From the NCBI GenBank assembly GCA_030167145.1, contig CP126532.1:4290001-4322000 (forward strand): DNA of 32,000 nt, read 5' to 3'. The first letter of the stretch is position 1; each line of letters starts with the position of its first letter. The DNA is from Ktedonobacterales bacterium (lineage in GTDB: Bacteria; Chloroflexota; Ktedonobacteria; Ktedonobacterales; JADMIN01). The notes under the pieces are model-generated. The model worked only from the letters and a program-made list of their open reading frames with translations. It was not told the origin of the DNA and searched no databases. Made by a program: the position numbers and the translations under genes. Positions 24,273 to 31,485 of this stretch are shown here, piece by piece.

Positions 24273-24490
24273 TGGTTGCCTACTTGGAGGCTTGCCACGT
24301 TGGGAAAATTGGGCATGTAGCGTGGTATGTGGTCGTTTTTTGATGCCGTTAACATAACTTCACAAACTTGCTCAAACATACCAGTAAGGCAGGGTAAGAT
24401 AAGTAGCAAAATACAGGGCTGACACTGAAAGCGGGGAATGCGAAGACGCGCGGGCGCTGGCGGGAGGCGCTGCGTGATACACTGCGACAC

Positions 24491-25963
24491 ATGAGCACTG
24501 AGACACGCGAGACCCTGGAAGCGGGGCAGGATGACAGCCGCGCGGCAGAGGATACCATTGCCGCGATTGCGACGCCGCCCGGAACTGGCGGCATCGGCAT
24601 CGTGCGCGTCAGTGGGCCGGAGGCGTTTCGCATCGGCATGGCGATCTTCCGTGCGGCGGATGCGGTGTATCGCGATGCGCCGCCGCCGTCGCATCTGCTG
24701 ACGTATGGGCATGTGGTGGATGCGGAGACGGGCGAGCGGATTGATGAGGTGTTGGCGGCGTTCATGCGTGCGCCGCGCACATATACGCGCGAGGATGTGG
24801 TGGAGATTTCAGCGCATGGCGGTCCATTGCTGCTGGGGCGCATCCTGCGGCTGGCGCTGGCGGCGGGGGCGCGGGCGGCACGGGCAGGCGAGATGACCCT
24901 GCGGGCGTTTCTCAACGGGAGGCTGGATCTGGCGCAGGCTGAGGCGGTGATGGCGCTGATCAACGCGGAATCGGACGCGGGTCGGCGGCTGGCGTTGCGG
25001 CAGTTGCAGGGGGAGCTGTCGGCACGGATTGGCGAGGCGCGGGCGGCGGCGATGGCCGCGCTGGCGCATATCGAGGCGAGCATAGATTTCCCGGAAGAGG
25101 AGGTGCCACCGCCGGAGCGGGGAGAGCTGGCGGAGTTGGTCGCCGAGGCGCGGGGGACGGTGGATGCGTTGCTGGTGGGTGCAGGGTGGGGGCGGCTGCT
25201 GCGCGAGGGGCTGCGGGTGGCGCTAGTGGGACGGCCGAACGTGGGGAAGTCGAGCTTGCTGAATGCGCTGCTGCGGACGGAGCGCGCTATCGTGACGCCG
25301 ATTCCGGGCACGACGCGGGATACGGTGGAGGAGCGGGCGAGCATCGGCGGGGTGGCGCTGCATCTAGTGGATACGGCTGGCCTGACCGCGACGGATGACC
25401 CCATCGAGCGCATTGGCGTGGAGCGGTCGCGGGCTGCAGCGCGATCCGCTGACCTGCTGCTGTTCCTGCTGGATCGCTCTAGCTCGCTCACGGAGGACGA
25501 CTGGCGCGCGGCGGACGAGGTGCGCGCGCTAGGCGACGCTGCGGATGGTGAGACGGTGGAGGCGACGCCAGTGATTGTGGCGCTGAACAAAGCTGATCTG
25601 CCACCGGCGCTGACGGAGGCGGAGGCGCGGGCGCTGTGGCCAGGGGCGGCGGCGGTGGTGGACACCTCGGCGGTGACAGCGGGGGGAACGGAGGCGCTGG
25701 AACGGGCGGTGACGACGCTGATCGCGGGTGGGCAGGCGCAGGGGGCGGATCCGCTGGTGGCGTCAACGCGGCATGCCGATGCGCTGCGCCGCGCCGACGA
25801 GCATCTGGCCGCCGCGCTGGTGGCGCTGGATGGGGGGATTCCGCTGGAACTGGTGGGGATTGATCTGCGCGCGGCGCTCGACACGCTGGGCGAGATCACT
25901 GGCGAGACGGCGAGCGCGGACCTGCTCGACCGCATCTTCGCAGAGTTCTGCATTGGGAAGTGA
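24491..25963 (+). CDS. mnmE: tRNA uridine-5-carboxymethylaminomethyl modification GTPase MnmE
   Basis: The N-terminus is DTIAAIATPPGTGGIGIVRVSG, the G-domain has GRPNVGKSSLLNAL and DTAG, and the hallmark C-terminus is FCIGK. Confidence 0.95.
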   Translation: MSTETRETLEAGQDDSRAAEDTIAAIATPPGTGGIGIVRVSGPEAFRIGMAIFRAADAVYRDAPPPSHLLTYGHVVDAETGERIDEVLAAFMRAPRTYTREDVVEISAHGGPLLLGRILRLALAAGARAARAGEMTLRAFLNGRLDLAQAEAVMALINAESDAGRRLALRQLQGELSARIGEARAAAMAALAHIEASIDFPEEEVPPPERGELAELVAEARGTVDALLVGAGWGRLLREGLRVALVGRPNVGKSSLLNALLRTERAIVTPIPGTTRDTVEERASIGGVALHLVDTAGLTATDDPIERIGVERSRAAARSADLLLFLLDRSSSLTEDDWRAADEVRALGDAADGETVEATPVIVALNKADLPPALTEAEARALWPGAAAVVDTSAVTAGGTEALERAVTTLIAGGQAQGADPLVASTRHADALRRADEHLAAALVALDGGIPLELVGIDLRAALDTLGEITGETASADLLDRIFAEFCIGK

Positions 25964-25967
25964 ATGG

Positions 25968-26879
25968 TTAGGAGAGGAAAGCCAGGAGGGATTCGTTGAC
26001 GCGCAAAAATTCTTGCTGGTGGGGCCAGTGGCCGCTGGTGGGGAAGCGGCGAATACGCAGGTCGCTGACGAAGGGCGCGAGGCCGTCGAGCAGTTGGGGG
26101 CCGAGGTAGGGGTCTAGCTCGCCCCAGAGGACAAGAGTGGGTGAGGTAATGACGCGGGCCGGGCTGAGCAGGCCCAGGTTGGCGGGGCGAAGCTGGCGGT
26201 AGTATTCGAGGGCGCAGGTGAGCGCGCCAGGGCGGGAGATGGCGTCTACGATACGCTGGATGTCGGTATCGGTGAGCCACGCGTGGGGACGGTCGGCGGC
26301 GCGGAAGGTGCGGCGGATGACGGCGTAGTCGTCGCGCATGATGGCGCGCTCGGCGATGCCACGCAGTTGGAAGAAACCCATGTAGAGGCTGCGGATTAGC
26401 TGGCCGGGGTGGCGCAGTTCGCGCAGCATGAGCGCGGGATGCGGGGCGTTGACGATGACGAGCCGCCGTAGGGCGTCTGGGTGACGCAGGGCGAAGGCCC
26501 AGGCGATACCGCCGCCCCAGTCGTGGCCGATGATGTCGGCCTGCCGTTCGCCGAATGCGGCGACCAGTCCGCGCACATCGGCTGCGAGCGTGGCGATGTC
26601 GTAGCCGGTGGCGGATTTGGCGGAGAGATTGTAGCCGCGCAGGTCGGGGGCGACGACACGAAAGCGCTCTGCCAGCGCCGGGAGTTGATAGCGCCAGGAA
26701 TACCAGAAGTCGGGGAAGCCGTGAAGGAGCAGCACGAGCGGCCCTTCGCCTGCGGAGACGTAATGCAGCCGTATGCCGTTGGTTTCGATATAGCCCTCGA
26801 CGCAGCCTTCCGGCAGCGGGAAGGATTCGCGCGGATCGGCGGAAGTGGTGAGGATGGTGGTAGTGTCGTTACGTGTCAT
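25968..26879 (-). CDS. alpha/beta hydrolase, epoxide hydrolase / haloalkane dehalogenase-like
   Basis: Diagnostic motifs are LLLHGFPDFWYSWRYQLPALAERFRVVAPDLRGYNLS (HGFP plus WY/SWR) and the nucleophile elbow GHDWGGGIAW. Confidence 0.9.
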   Translation of the reverse strand: MTRNDTTTILTTSADPRESFPLPEGCVEGYIETNGIRLHYVSAGEGPLVLLLHGFPDFWYSWRYQLPALAERFRVVAPDLRGYNLSAKSATGYDIATLAADVRGLVAAFGERQADIIGHDWGGGIAWAFALRHPDALRRLVIVNAPHPALMLRELRHPGQLIRSLYMGFFQLRGIAERAIMRDDYAVIRRTFRAADRPHAWLTDTDIQRIVDAISRPGALTCALEYYRQLRPANLGLLSPARVITSPTLVLWGELDPYLGPQLLDGLAPFVSDLRIRRFPTSGHWPHQQEFLRVNESLLAFLS

Positions 26880-26927
26880 GCGTCCAGTGTATCACCTGGG
26901 CGGTGTGCTGTGGGTTATACTGGCGAT

Positions 26928-27722
26928 ATGGGGAACGAGAGCGAGACTGAACGAGATAACGGCAATCCACGCACGGGCGAGCGCTTGCAGAAGGCGCTGG
27001 CGCGGGCTGGGGTGGCGTCGCGCCGCCACGCGGAGGAGTTGATCGTGGCGGGCGCGGTTACGGTGAATGGGCAGGTGGTGCGCGAGTTGGGGACGCGGGT
27101 GGACCTGGAGCGGGATGAGGTGCGGGTGCATGGCAGGCTGGTGCGGCTGCCCGAGGAGGCGCCGCTCTATGTGCTGCTGAATAAGCCGACAGATACGGTG
27201 ACGACGGTACATGATCCAGAGGGACGGCGGACGGTGCTCGATTTGCTGCCAGAGGAGTGGCGGGCGCGGCGGGTGTATCCAGTGGGGCGGCTAGATCGCT
27301 ATACGGAGGGGCTGCTGCTGCTGACGAACGATGGAGAGCTGGCGCTGCGGCTGACACATCCGCGATATGCGCTGGCAAAAGAGTATCATGCGCTGGTGGC
27401 GGGGTTGCCGACGTCTGCGGCATTGCGGCGGTTGGAACGCGGGGTATTCTTGGAGGGCGAGACACGCGCAACAGCGCCAGCACGGGTGTGGGTGATGCGC
27501 AGCCAGGGTGAGGCGACATGGGTGGGGGTGGAGATTCACGAGGGGCGCAACCGACAGGTGAGGCGGATGCTGGAGGCGGTGGGATACCGGACGCTGCGGC
27601 TGCGGCGGGTGCGGGTGGGTCCGCTGGGGCTGGGAACACTGAAGCTGGGTGCGGCGCGGCTGCTGACGGTGGGGGAAGTAGCGGCGCTACGCGCGGCGGT
27701 GGAGATAGAGAATGAGGCATGA
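26928..27722 (+). CDS. rluB: pseudouridine synthase, RsuA/RluB family (S4 domain plus catalytic domain)
   Basis: The S4 domain is ERLQKALARAGVASRRHAEELIVAGAVTVNG. The catalytic Asp is in YPVGRLDRYTEGLLLLTNDGE. I moved the start to ATG 26928 (MGNESETER...), because the upstream part of track ORF 26481..27722 is antisense to the hydrolase gene. Confidence 0.9.
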   Translation: MGNESETERDNGNPRTGERLQKALARAGVASRRHAEELIVAGAVTVNGQVVRELGTRVDLERDEVRVHGRLVRLPEEAPLYVLLNKPTDTVTTVHDPEGRRTVLDLLPEEWRARRVYPVGRLDRYTEGLLLLTNDGELALRLTHPRYALAKEYHALVAGLPTSAALRRLERGVFLEGETRATAPARVWVMRSQGEATWVGVEIHEGRNRQVRRMLEAVGYRTLRLRRVRVGPLGLGTLKLGAARLLTVGEVAALRAAVEIENEA

Positions 27723-27804
27723 GGCGTCGTGCCGCGAAGCATAGCATCAAGCTTTGGGTGATGGGTGGGTTGCCGACCTAGCGGGCGGGAGTTTTCCATA
27801 GCTC

Positions 27805-27855
27805 TTGACAGGAGCGACGTGCGCGGATATTATATCCATATCGGATATATCCATA
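27805..27855 (+). promoter_or_regulatory. consensus-like sigma70 promoter (TTGACA-17-TATTAT) overlapped by two palindromic operator-like sites upstream of the PadR gene
   Basis: TTGACA is at 27805-27810 and TATTAT at 27828-27833, with a 17-nt spacer. Palindrome GGATAT-T-ATATCC (27825-27837) covers the -10. A second palindrome GGATATATCC (27843-27852) sits around the expected transcription start. Both are followed by ATA. Confidence 0.7.
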
Positions 27856-27897
27856 GTGTCTCTATCGGATGTGGGTAGAGTTACGGCGAGGGGAAAC

Positions 27898-28287
27898 ATG
27901 ATGGACGAGAACGCGCGGGAAGCGGAGGCGTTGCTGCCGTTGACGCCTGCGGTGTTCCAGATTCTGCTGGCGCTGGCGGGTGGCGAGCGGCATGGCTACG
28001 GCATCATGCGCGAGATAGCGGAGAATACCGAGGGCAAGATGCGCCTCGGCCCTGGTACGCTGTACCGTTCGATCAAGCAGATGCTAGCGGCGGGGTTGAT
28101 CGAGGAGTCGGATGAGCGGCCTGATCCGGCGCTCGACGACGAGCGGCGGCGCTATTATCGGCTGAGCGGATTCGGCCAGCGTGTGGCGGAGGCGGAGGCG
28201 CGGCGACTGGCGCAGTTGGTGAATACCGCGCGGGCGCGGCGGCTGCTGCCGGAAGTTGGGACCGCGCCGGTTCGGGGAGGCGCGTGA
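27898..28287 (+). CDS. PadR family transcriptional regulator
   Basis: The winged-helix core is LTPAVFQILLALAGGERHGYGIMREIAENTEGKMRLGPGTLYRSIKQMLAAGLIEE...RRYYRLSGFG. The ATG at 27898 has GAGGGG upstream, and the start lies downstream of the mapped promoter. Confidence 0.9.
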   Translation: MMDENAREAEALLPLTPAVFQILLALAGGERHGYGIMREIAENTEGKMRLGPGTLYRSIKQMLAAGLIEESDERPDPALDDERRRYYRLSGFGQRVAEAEARRLAQLVNTARARRLLPEVGTAPVRGGA

Positions 28288-29168
28288 TGGCATCGGTGCC
28301 ACTGAAATGGAGCATCAAAGCCTCGGTGGGTGTTTATCGCGTAGTGCTTTATGTATATCCACCGCGCTTTCGCGCAGCATACGGGCGTGAGATGGCGCAG
28401 GTGTTTCGTGGGTCGTGCCGGGAGGCGGTGGCGCGGCGCGGGCCACCGGGGCTGCTGCCGCTGTGGGGGGCGACGCTGCGGGATCTGGCGGTGACGGCGG
28501 CGCAGGAGTGGGGCGATGCGCTGGGCATTGCGCGGCATCGTAGGCTGCGGATGCGCCCGCGAGCGAGTTATCCAGGGAGGTATGGAATGATGCGACGACG
28601 AAGGCACGGACCGTTTGGGGAACTGTATCGGGCGCTGAAACGCATGAGATCGGGATTCATGTCGCGGCCAGCGATGCGTACCCTGCCAGAGAGCATCACT
28701 CTTGGCCCCGGTATCACGGAAGCGGACCGGCGGAGGACGCGACCGACAGAGCGGGCGCTGATCTTCGCGCGGGACGAAGCGGAGTGGCATCATCATACGC
28801 ACGTGGGCACGGAACATCTGCTGCTAGGGCTGTTGCGCGAGCGCGAAGGGGTGGCGGCGAAGGTGCTGTATGTGCTGGGCGTGGATACGGAGGCGGTGCG
28901 GCGTGATGTGGAGTTCATCATTGGGCGGGGCGAGCGGGAGGTGGTTGGCGAGGCGATTGGTCTGACGCGGCGCGCGAGGCGGGTGCTAGAGCTGGCGGGA
29001 GATGAAATGCGAGCGATGAACGCGCGGTATATCGGTACGGAGCATCTGCTGTTAGGCATGCTGCGCGAGGGTGAGGGCATCGCGGCGGGGGCGCTGAACC
29101 GCGCTGGGGTGCACCTGGACGCGGTGCGCGCGGAGGTGCCGCGGGCGTCCGGCGAGATGGGCGCGTAG
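28287..29168 (+). CDS. Clp N-terminal (Clp R) repeat-domain protein with PadR-associated N-terminal 'prefix'-type domain
   Basis: The start ATG overlaps the PadR stop (gTGATGg). The C-terminal half has two Clp_N repeats (HVGTEHLLLGLLREREGVAAKVLYVLGVDTEAVRRDV and YIGTEHLLLGMLREGEGIAAGALNRAGVHLDAVRAEV). The N-terminal YRVVLYVYPPRFRAAYGREMAQVFRGSCREA resembles the leader domain commonly found on PadR-cotranscribed proteins. Confidence 0.8.
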   Translation: MASVPLKWSIKASVGVYRVVLYVYPPRFRAAYGREMAQVFRGSCREAVARRGPPGLLPLWGATLRDLAVTAAQEWGDALGIARHRRLRMRPRASYPGRYGMMRRRRHGPFGELYRALKRMRSGFMSRPAMRTLPESITLGPGITEADRRRTRPTERALIFARDEAEWHHHTHVGTEHLLLGLLREREGVAAKVLYVLGVDTEAVRRDVEFIIGRGEREVVGEAIGLTRRARRVLELAGDEMRAMNARYIGTEHLLLGMLREGEGIAAGALNRAGVHLDAVRAEVPRASGEMGA

Positions 29169-29319
29169 GGATGCGGTGGGCGAGGCGGTGACGGCCCATT
29201 CGTTGTCGTTCACATCGAAGGGATAGGCTTTGAGTGCACCATTGGTACTCACGCCGCATTCTATCCTACCTACCTCCGAGTCAAGTGTATAACTGCTTCT
29301 AGGGTGGTCATCGAGGGCA

Positions 29320-30033
29320 TTACGAAAACGATCGCACACATGTCGCCGCACGATCAACATATGCTGGCGCGACCCAGCGGGGAGGGCTGCGCTGGATGCA
29401 CACGTGGCCATCAAAGTCGCCGAATACCGCTCGCATCTCACGGGACAACACATGAATCCGCCGACCCGACCGATCCTTCCCATCCTCGCTGATCTGCACC
29501 GCATGCTCCAACAGCCTGCTCGCAGGTGTCCCTTTCACGAGGACAAGACGGTCCCGCTGGTCCGGAAAGACCTTCGGGTGTCTGACATGGAAGTTGGCGC
29601 TGAAAAGCGCCGTGACGGTAACGTCGCCAAGCTGTGTGGCCAAGCCCGCTATAGCCACCTCGAAGTATCCGACAATATAGAGCGCGGGCTTTCTGGCGCA
29701 GTCGTAACCCTGCAGCCCCGCGTAGAACACCAGCAGGTCTCCACCGCTCAGTTCGCGTAGGCGCGCCTTTGGCCGAGTGGGGTCGCCATAGGTGAAGGTT
29801 TCGAACTCTGGGTCTACATGCATGGACTCCTGGCTGATGCGTGCGCGCTGGCCCACAGCAAAGTAGTCCGCAAAAACTCTGCCATGTCTTCCCAGTGTAT
29901 TGCCATATGTGCGGGCGTCGAGGTGCCATCCATCCGGTATCGGGATGAACTCGAACGTATCGTCAGAGAATACCGGGCCGAGTATGCCGCCTGATGCGGT
30001 GTCAACGCCGACCCGTAGGAGTACGACCTTCAT
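29320..30033 (-). CDS. hypothetical protein, Nmad3-like motif pattern (uncharacterised; downstream gene of a coupled pair)
   Basis: The protein begins MKVVLLRVGVDTASGGILGPVFSDDTFEFIPIPDG..., and further motifs are HVDPEF, GGDLLVFYAGL and ALYIVGYFEV. ATG 30033-30031 overlaps the TGA of the upstream gene as ATGA. The 19 extra codons of track ORF 29320..30090 are probably not translated. The family assignment comes from memory of motif patterns only. Confidence 0.7.
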   Translation of the reverse strand: MKVVLLRVGVDTASGGILGPVFSDDTFEFIPIPDGWHLDARTYGNTLGRHGRVFADYFAVGQRARISQESMHVDPEFETFTYGDPTRPKARLRELSGGDLLVFYAGLQGYDCARKPALYIVGYFEVAIAGLATQLGDVTVTALFSANFHVRHPKVFPDQRDRLVLVKGTPASRLLEHAVQISEDGKDRSGRRIHVLSREMRAVFGDFDGHVCIQRSPPRWVAPAYVDRAATCVRSFS

Positions 30034-30860
30034 GGTGTGGCTGCCACTGCCGAGTCGTGAGATCGCTGGAGCAGGTGGCCAAGGCTGCATTTCTTGCTTC
30101 CTATCCCCAGCCGGAATGGAACCCGCACTCGCGGCTCGCTCCAGAGGAAGCTATAGTCTGGGTCTCCCACCAGCAATGCCGGTCGTCGGTGCCTGAAGCC
30201 CACATAGTCGATGTCCTTACGGTACCAATCGTGTTGAAGATGAACGTGGTGGGAACAGGGCGCAACATACTTGTCCGGGTCGTAGGGATCTTTGCAGGAA
30301 GGTTGTGGGCGATACACATCACCGAGTTGATGTCGATCGGCTCGCTTCGCTTGCGCAGCCTCTGGTGCATGCTCAGTCAGCCACTGCCACAGGTTACGCT
30401 GTGACTCGAAGGCGTGCCCAACGCGCATGAGATAGAAGAGATGGTCTCTGCCGTACGCACCTGTCCCAGCCCCCGCGATGCCAGCGATCCACACCCCGTT
30501 CCAGGCGTCGGGATCCTTGCTCGTTCGCATCTGGTGCTTACAGGAGCACAGTGTGATGAGGCCCCCTTGGAAGTTGGGGCCGGATCCCGTTTGCACGAAC
30601 CGCCCATCACGATACATCACGGTCCGTACGATGTAGCAGTAGACGGTACCTTCCATCTCACCGATCCGTTCGTTCAGGCTGCTAAAGTCCAGATTCACGT
30701 TGCCGAACAACGGGCCAGAGATGGGAATCGCCTGGTAGCTAGAATGTCCCCTGCAGGCGGAAGTAGCCATAACCGTATCACCGCCCGTTAGTAGCCAGAG
30801 ACGAGCAGTTGCGAATTCGCGTAACTCCTGCGCTTTAGTTGCAGCCACTTGCTCTAGCAT
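30030..30860 (-). CDS. hypothetical protein, Nmad2-like motif pattern (uncharacterised; upstream gene of a coupled pair)
   Basis: The core is VYCYIVRTVMYRDGRFVQTGSGPNFQGGLITLCSCKHQMR...GVWIAGIAG...HLFYLMRVGHAFES...QLGDVYRPQ...CSHHVHLQHDWYRKDIDYVG...ALLVGDPDYSFLW. The start is ambiguous: ATG 30860, ATG 30770 (GGTGA 7 nt upstream) or ATG 30656 (MEGTVYCY...). The family assignment comes from memory of motif patterns only. Confidence 0.7.
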   Translation of the reverse strand: MLEQVAATKAQELREFATARLWLLTGGDTVMATSACRGHSSYQAIPISGPLFGNVNLDFSSLNERIGEMEGTVYCYIVRTVMYRDGRFVQTGSGPNFQGGLITLCSCKHQMRTSKDPDAWNGVWIAGIAGAGTGAYGRDHLFYLMRVGHAFESQRNLWQWLTEHAPEAAQAKRADRHQLGDVYRPQPSCKDPYDPDKYVAPCSHHVHLQHDWYRKDIDYVGFRHRRPALLVGDPDYSFLWSEPRVRVPFRLGIGSKKCSLGHLLQRSHDSAVAATP

Positions 30861-30953
30861 TGCATTTGCCGTACGCTGACACAGGCGTCCGCAGTGATCA
30901 TATTGGGCTGCATATACTGTATATATAATACATTCAACGGGATAACGACAGTC

Positions 30954-31485
30954 TCACACGTTCGTCACAGGGGCATAGGGCGGTATCTCAGTGTTATCAC
31001 ACGGAGTGGCCCATGGTCTCTGGACCAGTTTCTGACCATCTCGTTCCTGCAGCGTGGCGGCCAGCAGGGTCACCTGCTCCCGGTCCTGAGCATTGGCGGG
31101 GGTGATGTGCAGCACCAAGAGAGATGCCCCAGCGTATCCACGGCGGCATGCACCTTGGACCCCTTGCACCGCTTGTGCCCATCATAGCCCGCCCGCGCGC
31201 CGCTCTCGTGCGTCGACTGTATGGTCCGACTATCGAGGATGGCGGCGCTGGGGCGCGGACCGCGGCCCGCCGCGATGCGCACCGGCAGCCGTAGGTCATG
31301 CACCGCGCTCTCAAAGCTGCCTACTGCCAGCCAGCGCACCGCATTGCAGACCTTGCGCAGGGATTACGGCGCTGCAAGGCGTCTTCGGGCAGCAGGGTCA
31401 GGTAGGGCACGATGAAGGCCCATTTGTCGTCGCTAATGTCGGTCGGATAGGGTTGACGTGTGTCCCCATACCGACATACTACCAC
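30954..31485 (-). mobile_element. decayed IS5-family transposase gene (frameshifted, internally deleted, C-terminally truncated)
   Basis: Three minus-strand fragments lie in different frames. ORF 31321..31614 carries YPTDISDDKWAFIVPYLTLLPEDALQRR, the N-terminal motif of IS5-family transposases. ORF 31070..31339 carries [44 protein letters not shown], the first DDE aspartate region. ORF 30954..31169 carries [17 protein letters not shown], the second aspartate region. No frame reaches the E motif, and I could not identify terminal inverted repeats. Confidence 0.8.

Noticed and set aside
24349-26280. A 643-aa minus-strand ORF, the longest spurious ORF in the track.
   Set aside because: It is antisense to mnmE and to the 3' end of the hydrolase gene. 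Its extreme Ser/Ala/Arg/Pro composition has no motifs, whereas mnmE on the plus strand carries its G-domain and C-terminal CIGK hallmarks.
28918-29259. A 113-aa minus-strand ORF preceded by a good-looking RBS (GGAGGTAGG...ATG at 29259).
   Set aside because: Most of it is antisense to the Clp_N gene. The product is Arg/Pro/Ala-rich (…RIPTRPSRRTPAAPPRAPRPG…) with no motif. The RBS-like string is probably coincidental.
29169-29319. A protein-like stretch in an alternative minus-strand frame downstream of the Nmad3-like gene (…TLDSEVGRIECGVSTNGALKAYPFDVNDNEWAV…, part of ORF 29052..29504).
   Set aside because: It has no start codon or RBS of its own. Linking it to the upstream gene would require an unsupported frameshift. 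It may be a gene-fragment scar at the islet boundary, but I cannot support a call.
30915-30934. An E. coli-type LexA SOS box (TACTGTATATATAATACATT) upstream of the hypothetical gene pair.
   Set aside because: Only the left half-site and the AT spacer match. The right half is ACAT with the spacing off by one (CTGT-N9-ACAT instead of CTGT-N8-ACAG). The host does not look proteobacterial, so its LexA motif is probably different. It may simply be an AT-rich palindrome.
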